Origin: Thermodesulfobacteriota bacterium
GTDB taxonomy: Bacteria > Desulfobacterota > Desulfobulbia > Desulfobulbales > SURF-16
Length of the DNA: 64,000 bases
Assembly (NCBI GenBank): GCA_040755455.1
Contig: JBFMAY010000006.1
Coordinates: forward strand, 32,001 to 96,000
Reading direction: 5' to 3'
This document shows positions 55,805-64,000 of the stretch, in pieces. The notes beneath the pieces are model-generated. The model searched no databases. It saw nothing but the letters and a program-made list of their open reading frames with translations, and was not told the origin of the DNA. Within the stretch, counting starts at the first letter, position 1. Each line of letters starts with the position of its first letter. Made by a program: the position numbers and the translations under genes.

Positions 55805-56293
55805 TCATTTGGCGGGAAAGAGTCGGCAGCATGGGTCGTATTTATGCGGATCGAGAACAACCTGGACGGCTAGCCGTTTGTTTGAGTTCAGTACGATCGG
55901 GCCTAAAAGATTTGCCGTCATCTCCTGGGGGTTGTTTTTAGGAATGGTGAGGATCAACAGGATATCCTTGTCATTATCAGCATTGACCCGCAGTTCCTTT
56001 AAGATCTGCCGCGGAATTTCCGGCCGGTAATCCAGTCCCGTAAGCGAGGCGGGAAGAACAACGAAAGCCAGTTGCGGATTATCCAGCGACTGCAGCCACA
56101 TAAAAGGGGATTTCGGACTGTGAGATTTCAAAATAAAACGGGTGGACTCGGGAAAGCCGAGAAAGGGACTGAGCATGGAAATAATCCGCTCCCTGTCCAC
56201 GGTAATTTCACCGAACCGGCTGGTCTGCACCGTGATATTTTTTTCAGCTCCGGGCTGATCGATATCCTGTTTTTTTAATGCATTCATTGTCAT
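55805..56293 (-). CDS. fliW: Flagellar assembly factor FliW
   Basis: TSRFGEI, LGFPE, WLQS, MTANLLGPIVLN, QVVL. Confidence 0.93.
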   Translation of the reverse strand: MTMNALKKQDIDQPGAEKNITVQTSRFGEITVDRERIISMLSPFLGFPESTRFILKSHSPKSPFMWLQSLDNPQLAFVVLPASLTGLDYRPEIPRQILKELRVNADNDKDILLILTIPKNNPQEMTANLLGPIVLNSNKRLAVQVVLDPHKYDPCCRLFPAK

Positions 56294-56532
56294 TACTCTT
56301 TCTTTTGCAAAGGGAAAACAGCGGACAACATTGATAAATCATCAGGGGAATCCATTGCTGCCTTTTTATTTTCTTCAAGAATGCGCAGATAAATTTCCTC
56401 ACGATGGACGATGACCTGATCGGGGGCCTCGACCCCCAGCTTGACAAGACCTCCTTTGTTTTCCAGGACTCTGATTTTGATGTTATCGGCAATGATAATC
56501 GCCTCGCCAACCTTTCGGGAAAGGATAAGCAT
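56293..56532 (-). CDS. csrA: Carbon storage regulator CsrA
   Basis: [29 protein letters not shown]. Confidence 0.96.
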   Translation of the reverse strand: MLILSRKVGEAIIIADNIKIRVLENKGGLVKLGVEAPDQVIVHREEIYLRILEENKKAAMDSPDDLSMLSAVFPLQKKE

Positions 56533-56628
56533 AGAGTGGTTCTCCTAAAGAAGTGTCCGAGTCTGCCGGGGACAGGCAAAATTGTTTCCCTTTATGACGA
56601 AAATTCAATGTTACTCTAACACTTCTTC

Positions 56629-59319
56629 CTACAAATAATCAACAAGGCTGAGCTGCATGGTTTTGGCTGCGGCGTTCAGTGCCGCCTGGTACGCAACTTC
56701 TTTGGCCTTCAGATTCAGAATGGCTTCCGTCAGATCAGTGTCCTGTTTCTCTGACAGATTTTCCTGGTTTGCCAGTTCCAGGTTGGCATAGATCTGGCTC
56801 TGAATCGTGATTCGGTTCGCCCTGGCGCCGAAATCGGAAATCTGGGTGGACAGCGAGGACAGCACGTTGTCCAGATCTTCAAGGGATTTGGTCAGTCCCT
56901 GGTTTTGCAATTCGTGGGCAGTGATGCCAAGGGTATTGAGGGTATTGCTGCTATCATCGCTGATGTCGAATGTGTATCTGCCGGGATCGGAACTGTCGAT
57001 ATGCAGGTGGCCGCTGCTATCCCAACTGCCGGTCAAGCCCGGGATACCGTTAATCTTCTGGGCGATCGATGCAGGGGTGTCAAGGGTGATGTCCACCGCG
57101 ATTTTCATATCCACCTCGACCGGTGGGTAAACATCATGATCAGTCACCTTAATGGTGAAATCTCCATTCTGAAATTTTTCCTCCAGTGGATCATCAGGAT
57201 CATTGAGAGAATCCAATGTCGCATTGATGTCATCTTGGGCGTAGATGCTGGTGACAAAGGTGTAGTTCCTGCCCCGCAGATAATCTTCCACGTCCTTGAG
57301 GGCCTTGAAAGCGCCGGTGTTGGCAACGGCATCCTCGCCGTTTTTGGCAATTTCTATTGCGCTTGCGGCGCCGACTTTGATTTCCGCATCATTGTACCGG
57401 TCGCCGGTATAGCGGACGTTATTGGCCAACTGGGCCACAGAGAGCACGGAAAGCTTGCCGTCACTAGGGATATCATCAGGTTCTCCTGTTGACAGCGACC
57501 CCCCGGAAAGACCGATGGCCGTAAATCCCGGTTCTTCCCCGCCAGGAGGATAAGGGGTGGTGAGAGTGCTTTCCAGCATGAAGGTACGCTCGGACAGGAG
57601 TTGGATTGTTCCGGAATAGACCCTGTCCGCGGCGCCGGTGGGTGATGCTCCGTTTAAGCGGGTGATGGAATTGCCGGTGGCTGTTGTTTGAATATGGAGA
57701 TTGCGCCCGTCTATGGCCTTCAGGCCAAGCTGGCCGTCGGCATTGCGGGTAGCCACTATGCCGGTATTGGCCTGTTGATCGTTGATGGCGGTGAGCAGTA
57801 CATTGTCGCCATCCCCATCAATAATCGCCGTCGAACCTAATGTGGCAAAGATATCAATGCCGTTGATAATCAGATCGCCCGCACCGATGGTGCCGGCCGA
57901 CACCCCCGCCGGCGCCTGCCGGAAAACCGGGGTCACTTCCGCCGTCACTCCGGTGCCGGGTATGGTCTCGCCGCTTGCGTTCACCCAGTCTTGGCTGATG
58001 CGGTTAATGGCCGCCGCTTTCGCCGCAGCTGAAGAGGAGGAAAAGACGTCCGATATCCCGTCGGAGGTGATGGTGTCCACCGGTATGCCATTGATGGTCA
58101 GGTCGTTTGCCTCAAGCCGGGAGCCATAGACCAGGATGCCGTCGCTGACCGTATCGGCAAAACCTACTCCACCTCCACCCAGGCCGAGAATGTCAAGCAC
58201 GGTGTCATCGGTATAGTTATCGCTGGTCAGTTCGAATGCTTCGGTGGACTGCAGGGAGATCTGGCCGGTATTGCTGCCTGCGCCGACTGAATGCACTCCT
58301 GCGGCAAGACCGGATGTTGCCGCCGGGGGACCGGCAGGGTTGGCCGTCTCGGTCAGGGCGGTGATGGCAATGTCCGACTCGTCGCCTGCCATGGCGTTGG
58401 TCAGGACGACGGTGCCGGCCGCACCGCCGTTGAGATTATCGCCGAGTTCGGCATGGACGCCCGTCTGATCAGTGTATTGATTGAGGGCTGTAACCGCATC
58501 AGCGGCCGGATTGACCCCGGTGGTTGTGTAGTCGATGGTGACGCCGTTAATGGTGATGCTGACATCAGTGGGGTTGCTGTTGGCAGTTTCCGCCCCGCCG
58601 GCATAAAGAGTGGTCAGGGAGGCGGTGACAGGGGTTGTGCCGGCCGGCCAGGCAATGCTGTTGACGGCGGTTTTCAGGTTGTCGGCCCCGCTCATATTGA
58701 GACCTAACGTGGTGCCAGCGCTCAGCACGACAGCTCCCACATCTTCACCATTGATGAGCAGATCTCCGGCTGCAAGATCAGTGGTGCCCAAGGTGCCGGA
58801 GAGCATGGTGTCAAGAATGGGAAACTCGGAGCCGTTAATCCGGTAGCCGTCGATGTAGCCGAGCATGAACGGCGTCGGTTCCGTTTCCGTATAGCCGGTA
58901 GTGCGGTAGCCGCCGAAGACATATTTGCCGTCCCAGCGGGTGTTGGCCAGGGTGACGGCCTGCTCGAGATAAACATGGATCTCGTCGGCAATATAGGTTC
59001 TCGTGGTGAAAGTTTGGCTGTCATTGATGCCTGCCAGGGTTTTCGTCTTGGCCTGTGTGACCAAGTCTTTGATGCCACTGAGGGCCTCTTCAGAGGCGGC
59101 GATCATGGAGCCGCCAAAGGTGATATTCGACTGGTACTGGGTGATCTCGGCCAGGGTTGAGCGCATGCCCAGGGCGCTGACCATGTTGACCGGATTGTCC
59201 GAAATTTTCGACATCTGCAGGCCGGATGAGATCTGGCTGTTAATTTTCCACATATCGGCGGTAATCTTGTTCAGATTATTGCCGATCATACTGTATATCG
59301 TGTTGAGTGTTGTCCGCAT
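56629..59319 (-). CDS. flgL: Flagellar hook-associated protein 3 FlgL (enlarged, 896 aa)
   Basis: ISSG..ISDNP, LANTRWDGKYVFGG, C-terminal AYQAALNAAAKTMQLSLVDYL. Confidence 0.92.
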   Translation of the reverse strand: MRTTLNTIYSMIGNNLNKITADMWKINSQISSGLQMSKISDNPVNMVSALGMRSTLAEITQYQSNITFGGSMIAASEEALSGIKDLVTQAKTKTLAGINDSQTFTTRTYIADEIHVYLEQAVTLANTRWDGKYVFGGYRTTGYTETEPTPFMLGYIDGYRINGSEFPILDTMLSGTLGTTDLAAGDLLINGEDVGAVVLSAGTTLGLNMSGADNLKTAVNSIAWPAGTTPVTASLTTLYAGGAETANSNPTDVSITINGVTIDYTTTGVNPAADAVTALNQYTDQTGVHAELGDNLNGGAAGTVVLTNAMAGDESDIAITALTETANPAGPPAATSGLAAGVHSVGAGSNTGQISLQSTEAFELTSDNYTDDTVLDILGLGGGGVGFADTVSDGILVYGSRLEANDLTINGIPVDTITSDGISDVFSSSSAAAKAAAINRISQDWVNASGETIPGTGVTAEVTPVFRQAPAGVSAGTIGAGDLIINGIDIFATLGSTAIIDGDGDNVLLTAINDQQANTGIVATRNADGQLGLKAIDGRNLHIQTTATGNSITRLNGASPTGAADRVYSGTIQLLSERTFMLESTLTTPYPPGGEEPGFTAIGLSGGSLSTGEPDDIPSDGKLSVLSVAQLANNVRYTGDRYNDAEIKVGAASAIEIAKNGEDAVANTGAFKALKDVEDYLRGRNYTFVTSIYAQDDINATLDSLNDPDDPLEEKFQNGDFTIKVTDHDVYPPVEVDMKIAVDITLDTPASIAQKINGIPGLTGSWDSSGHLHIDSSDPGRYTFDISDDSSNTLNTLGITAHELQNQGLTKSLEDLDNVLSSLSTQISDFGARANRITIQSQIYANLELANQENLSEKQDTDLTEAILNLKAKEVAYQAALNAAAKTMQLSLVDYL

Positions 59320-59320
59320 A

Positions 59321-61846
59321 TTACACCGCCTGCAGCAAGGACTGCATCATTTCATCCGAGGAGGTTATCAGCTTAGCCGCGGCTGAGTAAGCCTGCTGAA
59401 ATTTGATGAGATCTGCCATCTCTTCATCAAGGGAAACGCCGGAAGTGGCGTCCTTCATGGCGCTCATCTGATCAGTGATCAAGACGTTGTAGTCATAATC
59501 CCGGGTGACGGTCTGCCCCTTGATGCCGATTTCCCCCACCAGGGTATTGTAAAATCCGTCGAGGGTGTCACTGCTGCCGCCGGTAAACCGGACATATTCG
59601 TTGCGCTGGATGTTGGTGATGAGCAGGGCATTGGACTGGTCGCCGCGGAAGATTTGGCCGTTTGCGCTGACGGTTCCAGCGGCAATCTTATCAAGGTCCT
59701 CGCTGATGAAGTCATTGACGCTGATGGAATCGGCGCTGGAGCCGGTGAAGAAGGTATTGAGCCCTGCCGTGGCGAGAAAATTGGAGGTGTCGCCGCCAAA
59801 GGCAAACTGGTGATTGCTGTCCGGCGTCAGCACCAGTTTGTTGTCCTGAATCGTTGCCGCCACCCATGGGGTTGACTGGCCACTGGCGTTGATGATGGAA
59901 ATATTGATGGAGTCCGCCACGTCCTGCAGGGTGTATGCCCGTTCCAGGGAAATTTCCACCGGTTGCGGCAGGGCCAGGGTGTCATCATTGTTGTAGAGCC
60001 ATATGTTGAAGCTCCCGCCGTCTGTCTGCAGTTCACCCGAATAGTCGTAACCCATCATGGAAAGTAAAACCTGGTTGTCCGAGGCATCAAAGGTAAGCTG
60101 CCCGTCGCCGCCTTCGTCGGTGCTGCTGATGTTGCCGCCACCAAGTCCCAGTTGATCCAGATAGCGGTCATCCGTGCCGCCGTCGATATCGATCTGGCTC
60201 TGATGGGAAAAAAGCGACAGTTCGCCGGTATTATGGGTGGCGTCGGCAGCGTAGGTGCTATTGGTCAGGCCGAGTTTGAATTCGGTTGATAGCGGATCCG
60301 TGTCCAGCCCGTCGATTATGATGCGGGACTCGTCACCGGCATTGGTGTTGCGGAGAATAATGGCATTGGCCGCACCGCCGTTGGTGCCGTCGCCCACCAG
60401 GGCCTCAATGGTTATTTTTGGTATGTTTTCAGGAACATTAGTGGGATCGTTGTAATCCTGGATGGCCTGATTGATGGCCGACACCATGTTGGCGGCCAGG
60501 GTGGCCGGATCCGTGTCATCCGGCGGCCCGGAAGTTGAGTCAACCGTATAATTGACATCGATGCCGTTGATCTGCAAGCTGATGACCGTGCCGTCCTCGC
60601 CGGCGGCCATGGCGGTCACCGCATCGCCTGCAACCTGGGTGGTCAGCCTGGCCTGCACACCGGTAATGGCATCATTGATGGCCTGGGCGGCATTGTAAGC
60701 CTTGGTTTGGGCCAGACCGTATGATGCGGTGCCACCCTCGATCTTGCCGATTACCCGGTCATTGATGGTCAGACTGCCGGCCGGGATGGTTTCCGTTGCC
60801 AGTGCGGGATCTATGGTGCTGGTGAGCAGGGTGGTGTTTGCCGCCCGGTCGGCGCTGGTGAGCTGTTCGGAAAAAGAGGTCAGACCGACGCCCTGGCTGT
60901 GCTGCTGGTTTACTTCCCGTATCAGGGCGTTGGCCAGGGCATCAAGGCGGCCGAGATAATTTTCCGCAACCCCTGGTTTGACCTGGTTATATATTTCCAT
61001 CCAGCCGCCGATATTGCCTCCCACCTCGGCGCCGGTGCCGATAGCTGTTTTGGTCTGGGTGCCGTTGGCGTTGGTGCTGACCCAGTGCAGCTTGTCTTCC
61101 AGCCAGTCGATCTGCCATGCCTCATTGTTTTCCACCAGGGTATGGCCGTCGGCCATGAGGACGGTGTAGGCGCCGGTGCTGGTTTCGAAATAATTGACCT
61201 CCACATACTTTGACAGGTCATTAAGGAGGATGTCCCGCTGGTCGCGCAGGTCGTTCTGCTTGTTCAAATCGGTTTCAGATGCAGCGATCTGGTCGTTGAG
61301 CTTGGCCAGCTGTTTGGTGAGAGCGTTGACATCATTGACGGCAGAGCTGAGACTGACATCAATGTCATATCTGGTTTGCGTCAGTTCGGTGGTCATGTTG
61401 TGAAACTGATCGATAAGGATTTTGGCCTTCTGAACCGTTGAATCACGGGTGGACAGAGTTTCCGGATAGGAGGCCAGGGTCTGCCAGCTGGCCCAGAATT
61501 CGCTCATTAATTCATTGATCGCAAGACCGGGTACCTCATTGAAGGAGGTTTCCACCAGGCGCATGGACTGCTGCTGCGCCTCCAGGTTGCTCAGGGTGGA
61601 GTTCTGGCCGATCAGTCGTTTCACCATGAACTGGTCATAATGGCGGTTGATCTCCATGCCCCGGACGCCGTTGCCGAAAAAACCGATCCCCTCCGGGGTC
61701 GGCTGGGCAGGGGTAAGGGCCAGTGACTGCCTGGTGTAGCCGGGGGTATCAACATTGGCGATATTGTGACCTGCCACGGAAACCGCCTGCTGGTGGGCAA
61801 GCAGCGCCTCTTTGGCAGTGTTTAATATCTGGGAAATGCCGACCAT
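59321..61846 (-). CDS. flgK: Flagellar hook-associated protein 1 FlgK (enlarged, 841 aa)
   Basis: HNIANVDTPGYTRQ, NDLRDQRD, SGVSLDEEMADLIKFQQAYSAAAKLI. Confidence 0.96.
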   Translation of the reverse strand: MVGISQILNTAKEALLAHQQAVSVAGHNIANVDTPGYTRQSLALTPAQPTPEGIGFFGNGVRGMEINRHYDQFMVKRLIGQNSTLSNLEAQQQSMRLVETSFNEVPGLAINELMSEFWASWQTLASYPETLSTRDSTVQKAKILIDQFHNMTTELTQTRYDIDVSLSSAVNDVNALTKQLAKLNDQIAASETDLNKQNDLRDQRDILLNDLSKYVEVNYFETSTGAYTVLMADGHTLVENNEAWQIDWLEDKLHWVSTNANGTQTKTAIGTGAEVGGNIGGWMEIYNQVKPGVAENYLGRLDALANALIREVNQQHSQGVGLTSFSEQLTSADRAANTTLLTSTIDPALATETIPAGSLTINDRVIGKIEGGTASYGLAQTKAYNAAQAINDAITGVQARLTTQVAGDAVTAMAAGEDGTVISLQINGIDVNYTVDSTSGPPDDTDPATLAANMVSAINQAIQDYNDPTNVPENIPKITIEALVGDGTNGGAANAIILRNTNAGDESRIIIDGLDTDPLSTEFKLGLTNSTYAADATHNTGELSLFSHQSQIDIDGGTDDRYLDQLGLGGGNISSTDEGGDGQLTFDASDNQVLLSMMGYDYSGELQTDGGSFNIWLYNNDDTLALPQPVEISLERAYTLQDVADSINISIINASGQSTPWVAATIQDNKLVLTPDSNHQFAFGGDTSNFLATAGLNTFFTGSSADSISVNDFISEDLDKIAAGTVSANGQIFRGDQSNALLITNIQRNEYVRFTGGSSDTLDGFYNTLVGEIGIKGQTVTRDYDYNVLITDQMSAMKDATSGVSLDEEMADLIKFQQAYSAAAKLITSSDEMMQSLLQAV

Positions 61847-61848
61847 GG

Positions 61849-62418
61849 TCAGACCTCTCTGCTTACCAGGGAAGCGACAGAGTTCTTTCTCTGCTGCCGT
61901 CCCCGCATGCTGTAAAGACGATCACCGGCAATCTCCCCGCAGATGAGCGAAATGGCATCGTTGAGGTAGCCTAGGGTGTCGCTGGCAAAACGCTTGTTGA
62001 TGAGATTGTTGCTGCTGATCTTTTCCCGCAGTGCCGCCAGCTGATCACGGTACTGTTTGACGGCAAGGGTCTGCTCGCGGGTCATGAAAGGGATCAGCTC
62101 TGCAAGTTTGATCATTTTTTTATCGTTATGCGGGTTGGTCGTGACAACCCGTCTGGCAACCTCCTGGAGGGAATGATCGAGCTGGGCAATCTTGGCAAGC
62201 TCGCTCTCTTTCTTGCGCGTCAGAGAAATCAGCGAGGCGACATCCATATTGATCAAGGCGTGCTTTTCCTCTTCCAGGATGGCGAGAAAGCCTGCGGAGA
62301 TGGCAATCTGCCGTTTCAGGATATCCAGAATCAGCGGCAGCGGAAAAGCCTGTCCGTTTGGCGGTTGACCTGGGAAATATTCAGTCTGCTCATTTTGTAT
62401 CGCAGTTTGTGCATTCAT
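61849..62418 (-). CDS. flgN: Flagellar export chaperone FlgN
   Basis: LEEEKHALI, N..N motif (SSNNLINK); lies between flgJ and flgK; ATGA overlap with flgJ. Confidence 0.8.
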   Translation of the reverse strand: MNAQTAIQNEQTEYFPGQPPNGQAFPLPLILDILKRQIAISAGFLAILEEEKHALINMDVASLISLTRKKESELAKIAQLDHSLQEVARRVVTTNPHNDKKMIKLAELIPFMTREQTLAVKQYRDQLAALREKISSNNLINKRFASDTLGYLNDAISLICGEIAGDRLYSMRGRQQRKNSVASLVSREV

Positions 62419-62762
62419 TTTTGTCCGTCCTCGCCTGCAGGAGGCTTGATTGACCGGCTTAATTGCTGATAGAGCAGGTCGCCGATTCCCATGCCCTTGC
62501 CATGGGCCCATTCTTTTGTCATTTCTTCATCGAGCATGGATTGGTATATTTTTTCTCCGTAACTTTTTTCAAAGAGGCCGCCTTCCGGGATACTTTCGCG
62601 CATGGTGGAAAGCAATTTGTTTAACAGGATTGCCTCGAAATCCTTGCAGGCTTCCAGCAGCTTCTTTTTCTCGATGGATTCGGCAAACTGCTTCTCATTT
62701 CTATTATCGACCGACTGCAAGGTTTTCTGAAATTGAATTGATGACGGGCTGATACTTTCCAT
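62415..62762 (-). CDS. flgJ: FlgJ rod-binding domain protein
   Basis: LLEACKDFEAIL..MRESIPEGGLF..YQSMLDEE..GMGIGDLLYQQL. Confidence 0.9.
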   Translation of the reverse strand: MESISPSSIQFQKTLQSVDNRNEKQFAESIEKKKLLEACKDFEAILLNKLLSTMRESIPEGGLFEKSYGEKIYQSMLDEEMTKEWAHGKGMGIGDLLYQQLSRSIKPPAGEDGQK

Positions 62763-63845
62763 TTAAATAATCTCCAAATCAGCATCCAGGGCGCCTGCCG
62801 CCTTGATGGACTGCAGAATGGCAATGAGGTCCCGTGGGGTCACGCCCACGCCGTTTAAGGCGCTGACCAGATCACCCAGGGTGGCCCCTGAGCTGAGGGC
62901 AATGAGCTTATTTTCCTGATCCCGGGCCGTGATATTGCTGTTTTCCACCTCAGAAGGCATGGCCTTATTGGATACCTGCACACTCAGGTTGCCGTGGGCC
63001 ACGGCAAGCTCCTTGATTTTCACATCCTTGCCCATGACAATGGTGCCGGTTCGTTCGTCAATGACCACCCGGGCGGAGCTGTCCGGCACAATTTCCAGAT
63101 TTTCTATGGCCGCCATGAAGGCCACTTCACTGCCAGCAAATTTTTCCGGGACAGTGATGTTCACCGTGGCGCTGTCCTTGGCACTGGCGTAAGGGCCTTC
63201 CAGCAGAGAATCAATGGCATTCACCGCCCTGGACATGGTGGTGAAGTCCGGGGTGTTAAGGTGGAGGATAATTTCCTGTTTGCCGGCAAAGGATACCGGT
63301 ACCTCCCGCTCCACCGTCGCGCCGTCCGGTATGCGGGCCACGGTGAGATGGTTTGCCTGGACCCGTTCGTTTGTTCCGGTGTCAAATTGAAAACCGCCGA
63401 TGCTGACCGGTCCCTGGCCTATGGCATATACTTTTCCGTCCAGGCCTTTCAACGGGGTGGCAATCAGGGTGCCGCCCTGCAGCGATTTGGCGTCGCCCAG
63501 GGTGGACAGGGTCACATCAATGGTCTGGCCGGTCTTGACAAAGGCGGGCAGGGTGGCGGTCACCATGACGCCCGCGACGTTTTTGACCTTCACATCGTCC
63601 TTGTCCACATGCACACCCATGTTTTCAAGCATGTTGACCAGGGCCTGGCTGGTAAAGGGCGACTTGTTGCCGTCACCGGTCCCGTCCAGGCCGACAACAA
63701 GCCCGTAGCCGACCAGCTGATTGGTGCGGATGCCTTTTACGGAGGCAACGTCTTTCAGCCTCACCGCGCCGGCCTCGTTGAGCGGTGCAAGCAAAACACT
63801 TAGCATGATCAGCAGGATGGAAAATTGTGAGAACTTCATATGCAC
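62763..63845 (-). CDS. flgI: Flagellar P-ring protein FlgI
   Basis: RLKD..NQLVGYGLVVGLDGTGD, KSLQGGTL, ERTGTIVMG, LQSIKAAGAL. Confidence 0.97.
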   Translation of the reverse strand: MHMKFSQFSILLIMLSVLLAPLNEAGAVRLKDVASVKGIRTNQLVGYGLVVGLDGTGDGNKSPFTSQALVNMLENMGVHVDKDDVKVKNVAGVMVTATLPAFVKTGQTIDVTLSTLGDAKSLQGGTLIATPLKGLDGKVYAIGQGPVSIGGFQFDTGTNERVQANHLTVARIPDGATVEREVPVSFAGKQEIILHLNTPDFTTMSRAVNAIDSLLEGPYASAKDSATVNITVPEKFAGSEVAFMAAIENLEIVPDSSARVVIDERTGTIVMGKDVKIKELAVAHGNLSVQVSNKAMPSEVENSNITARDQENKLIALSSGATLGDLVSALNGVGVTPRDLIAILQSIKAAGALDADLEII

Positions 63846-63881
63846 TCCTTGGCATCTATCAGATTGTTGATCAGCTTTAAG

Positions 63882-63897
63882 AGCAAACGGTGTGCCG
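63882..63897 (-). promoter_or_regulatory. Sigma54 promoter of the flgI operon
   Basis: Minus strand CGGCAC-ACCGT-TTGCT. Confidence 0.75.
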
Positions 63898-64000
63898 TCA
63901 TGTTGATGATGTGCTGAAAATTAAAAAATTAAATTAAAACGGCTTGTTATCTGTGGCGACCCATCGCAGGTTGCGACCAGGGAGAAGGGGGAGGGAAAAA

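Noticed and set aside
1..64000. CRISPR array, prophage, IS elements
   Set aside because: I saw no regularly spaced repeats and no cas, phage or transposase ORFs.

Overview
This 64-kb window comes from an anaerobic Desulfobacterota (deltaproteobacterial) chromosome; a Desulfobulbales-like host is my inference. It has three parts. (1) 1-5.3 kb is housekeeping: hemW, radC, a REP doublet, gatB, a two-gene RdgC-like pair, tRNA-Lys and tRNA-Glu. (2) 5.4-40.1 kb is an accessory block centred on an apparently complete OmcS-type cytochrome nanowire locus: NHL protein, omcS, YVTN propeller, outer-membrane barrel, two lipoproteins, a PPIase chaperone, 26- and 16-heme cytochromes and a second NHL protein. 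Around it are two spermidine-synthase-like membrane proteins, a heme-c sensor kinase with a sigma54 activator, a REC-PilZ protein, a c7-type cytochrome and an NspS/MbaA-like polyamine/c-di-GMP module. The omcS leader carries a GEMM-I riboswitch with G at position 20 (c-di-GMP type, unlike the A20 cGAMP type known from Geobacter) and an anti-SD that suggests a translational ON switch. The most interesting hypothesis is a local polyamine -> c-di-GMP -> nanowire circuit. (3) 40.4-64 kb holds oxidative/nitrosative stress genes (perR, dfx, ferritin, roo, hcp), a YeeE/YedE pair, plsY, ppiD, polA and a flagellar block (flgI-J-N-K-L, csrA, fliW, flgM); FlgK and FlgL are enlarged and share a homologous inserted domain. 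I saw no integrase, transposase or CRISPR array. All homology calls come from motif recognition by eye, not database searches.
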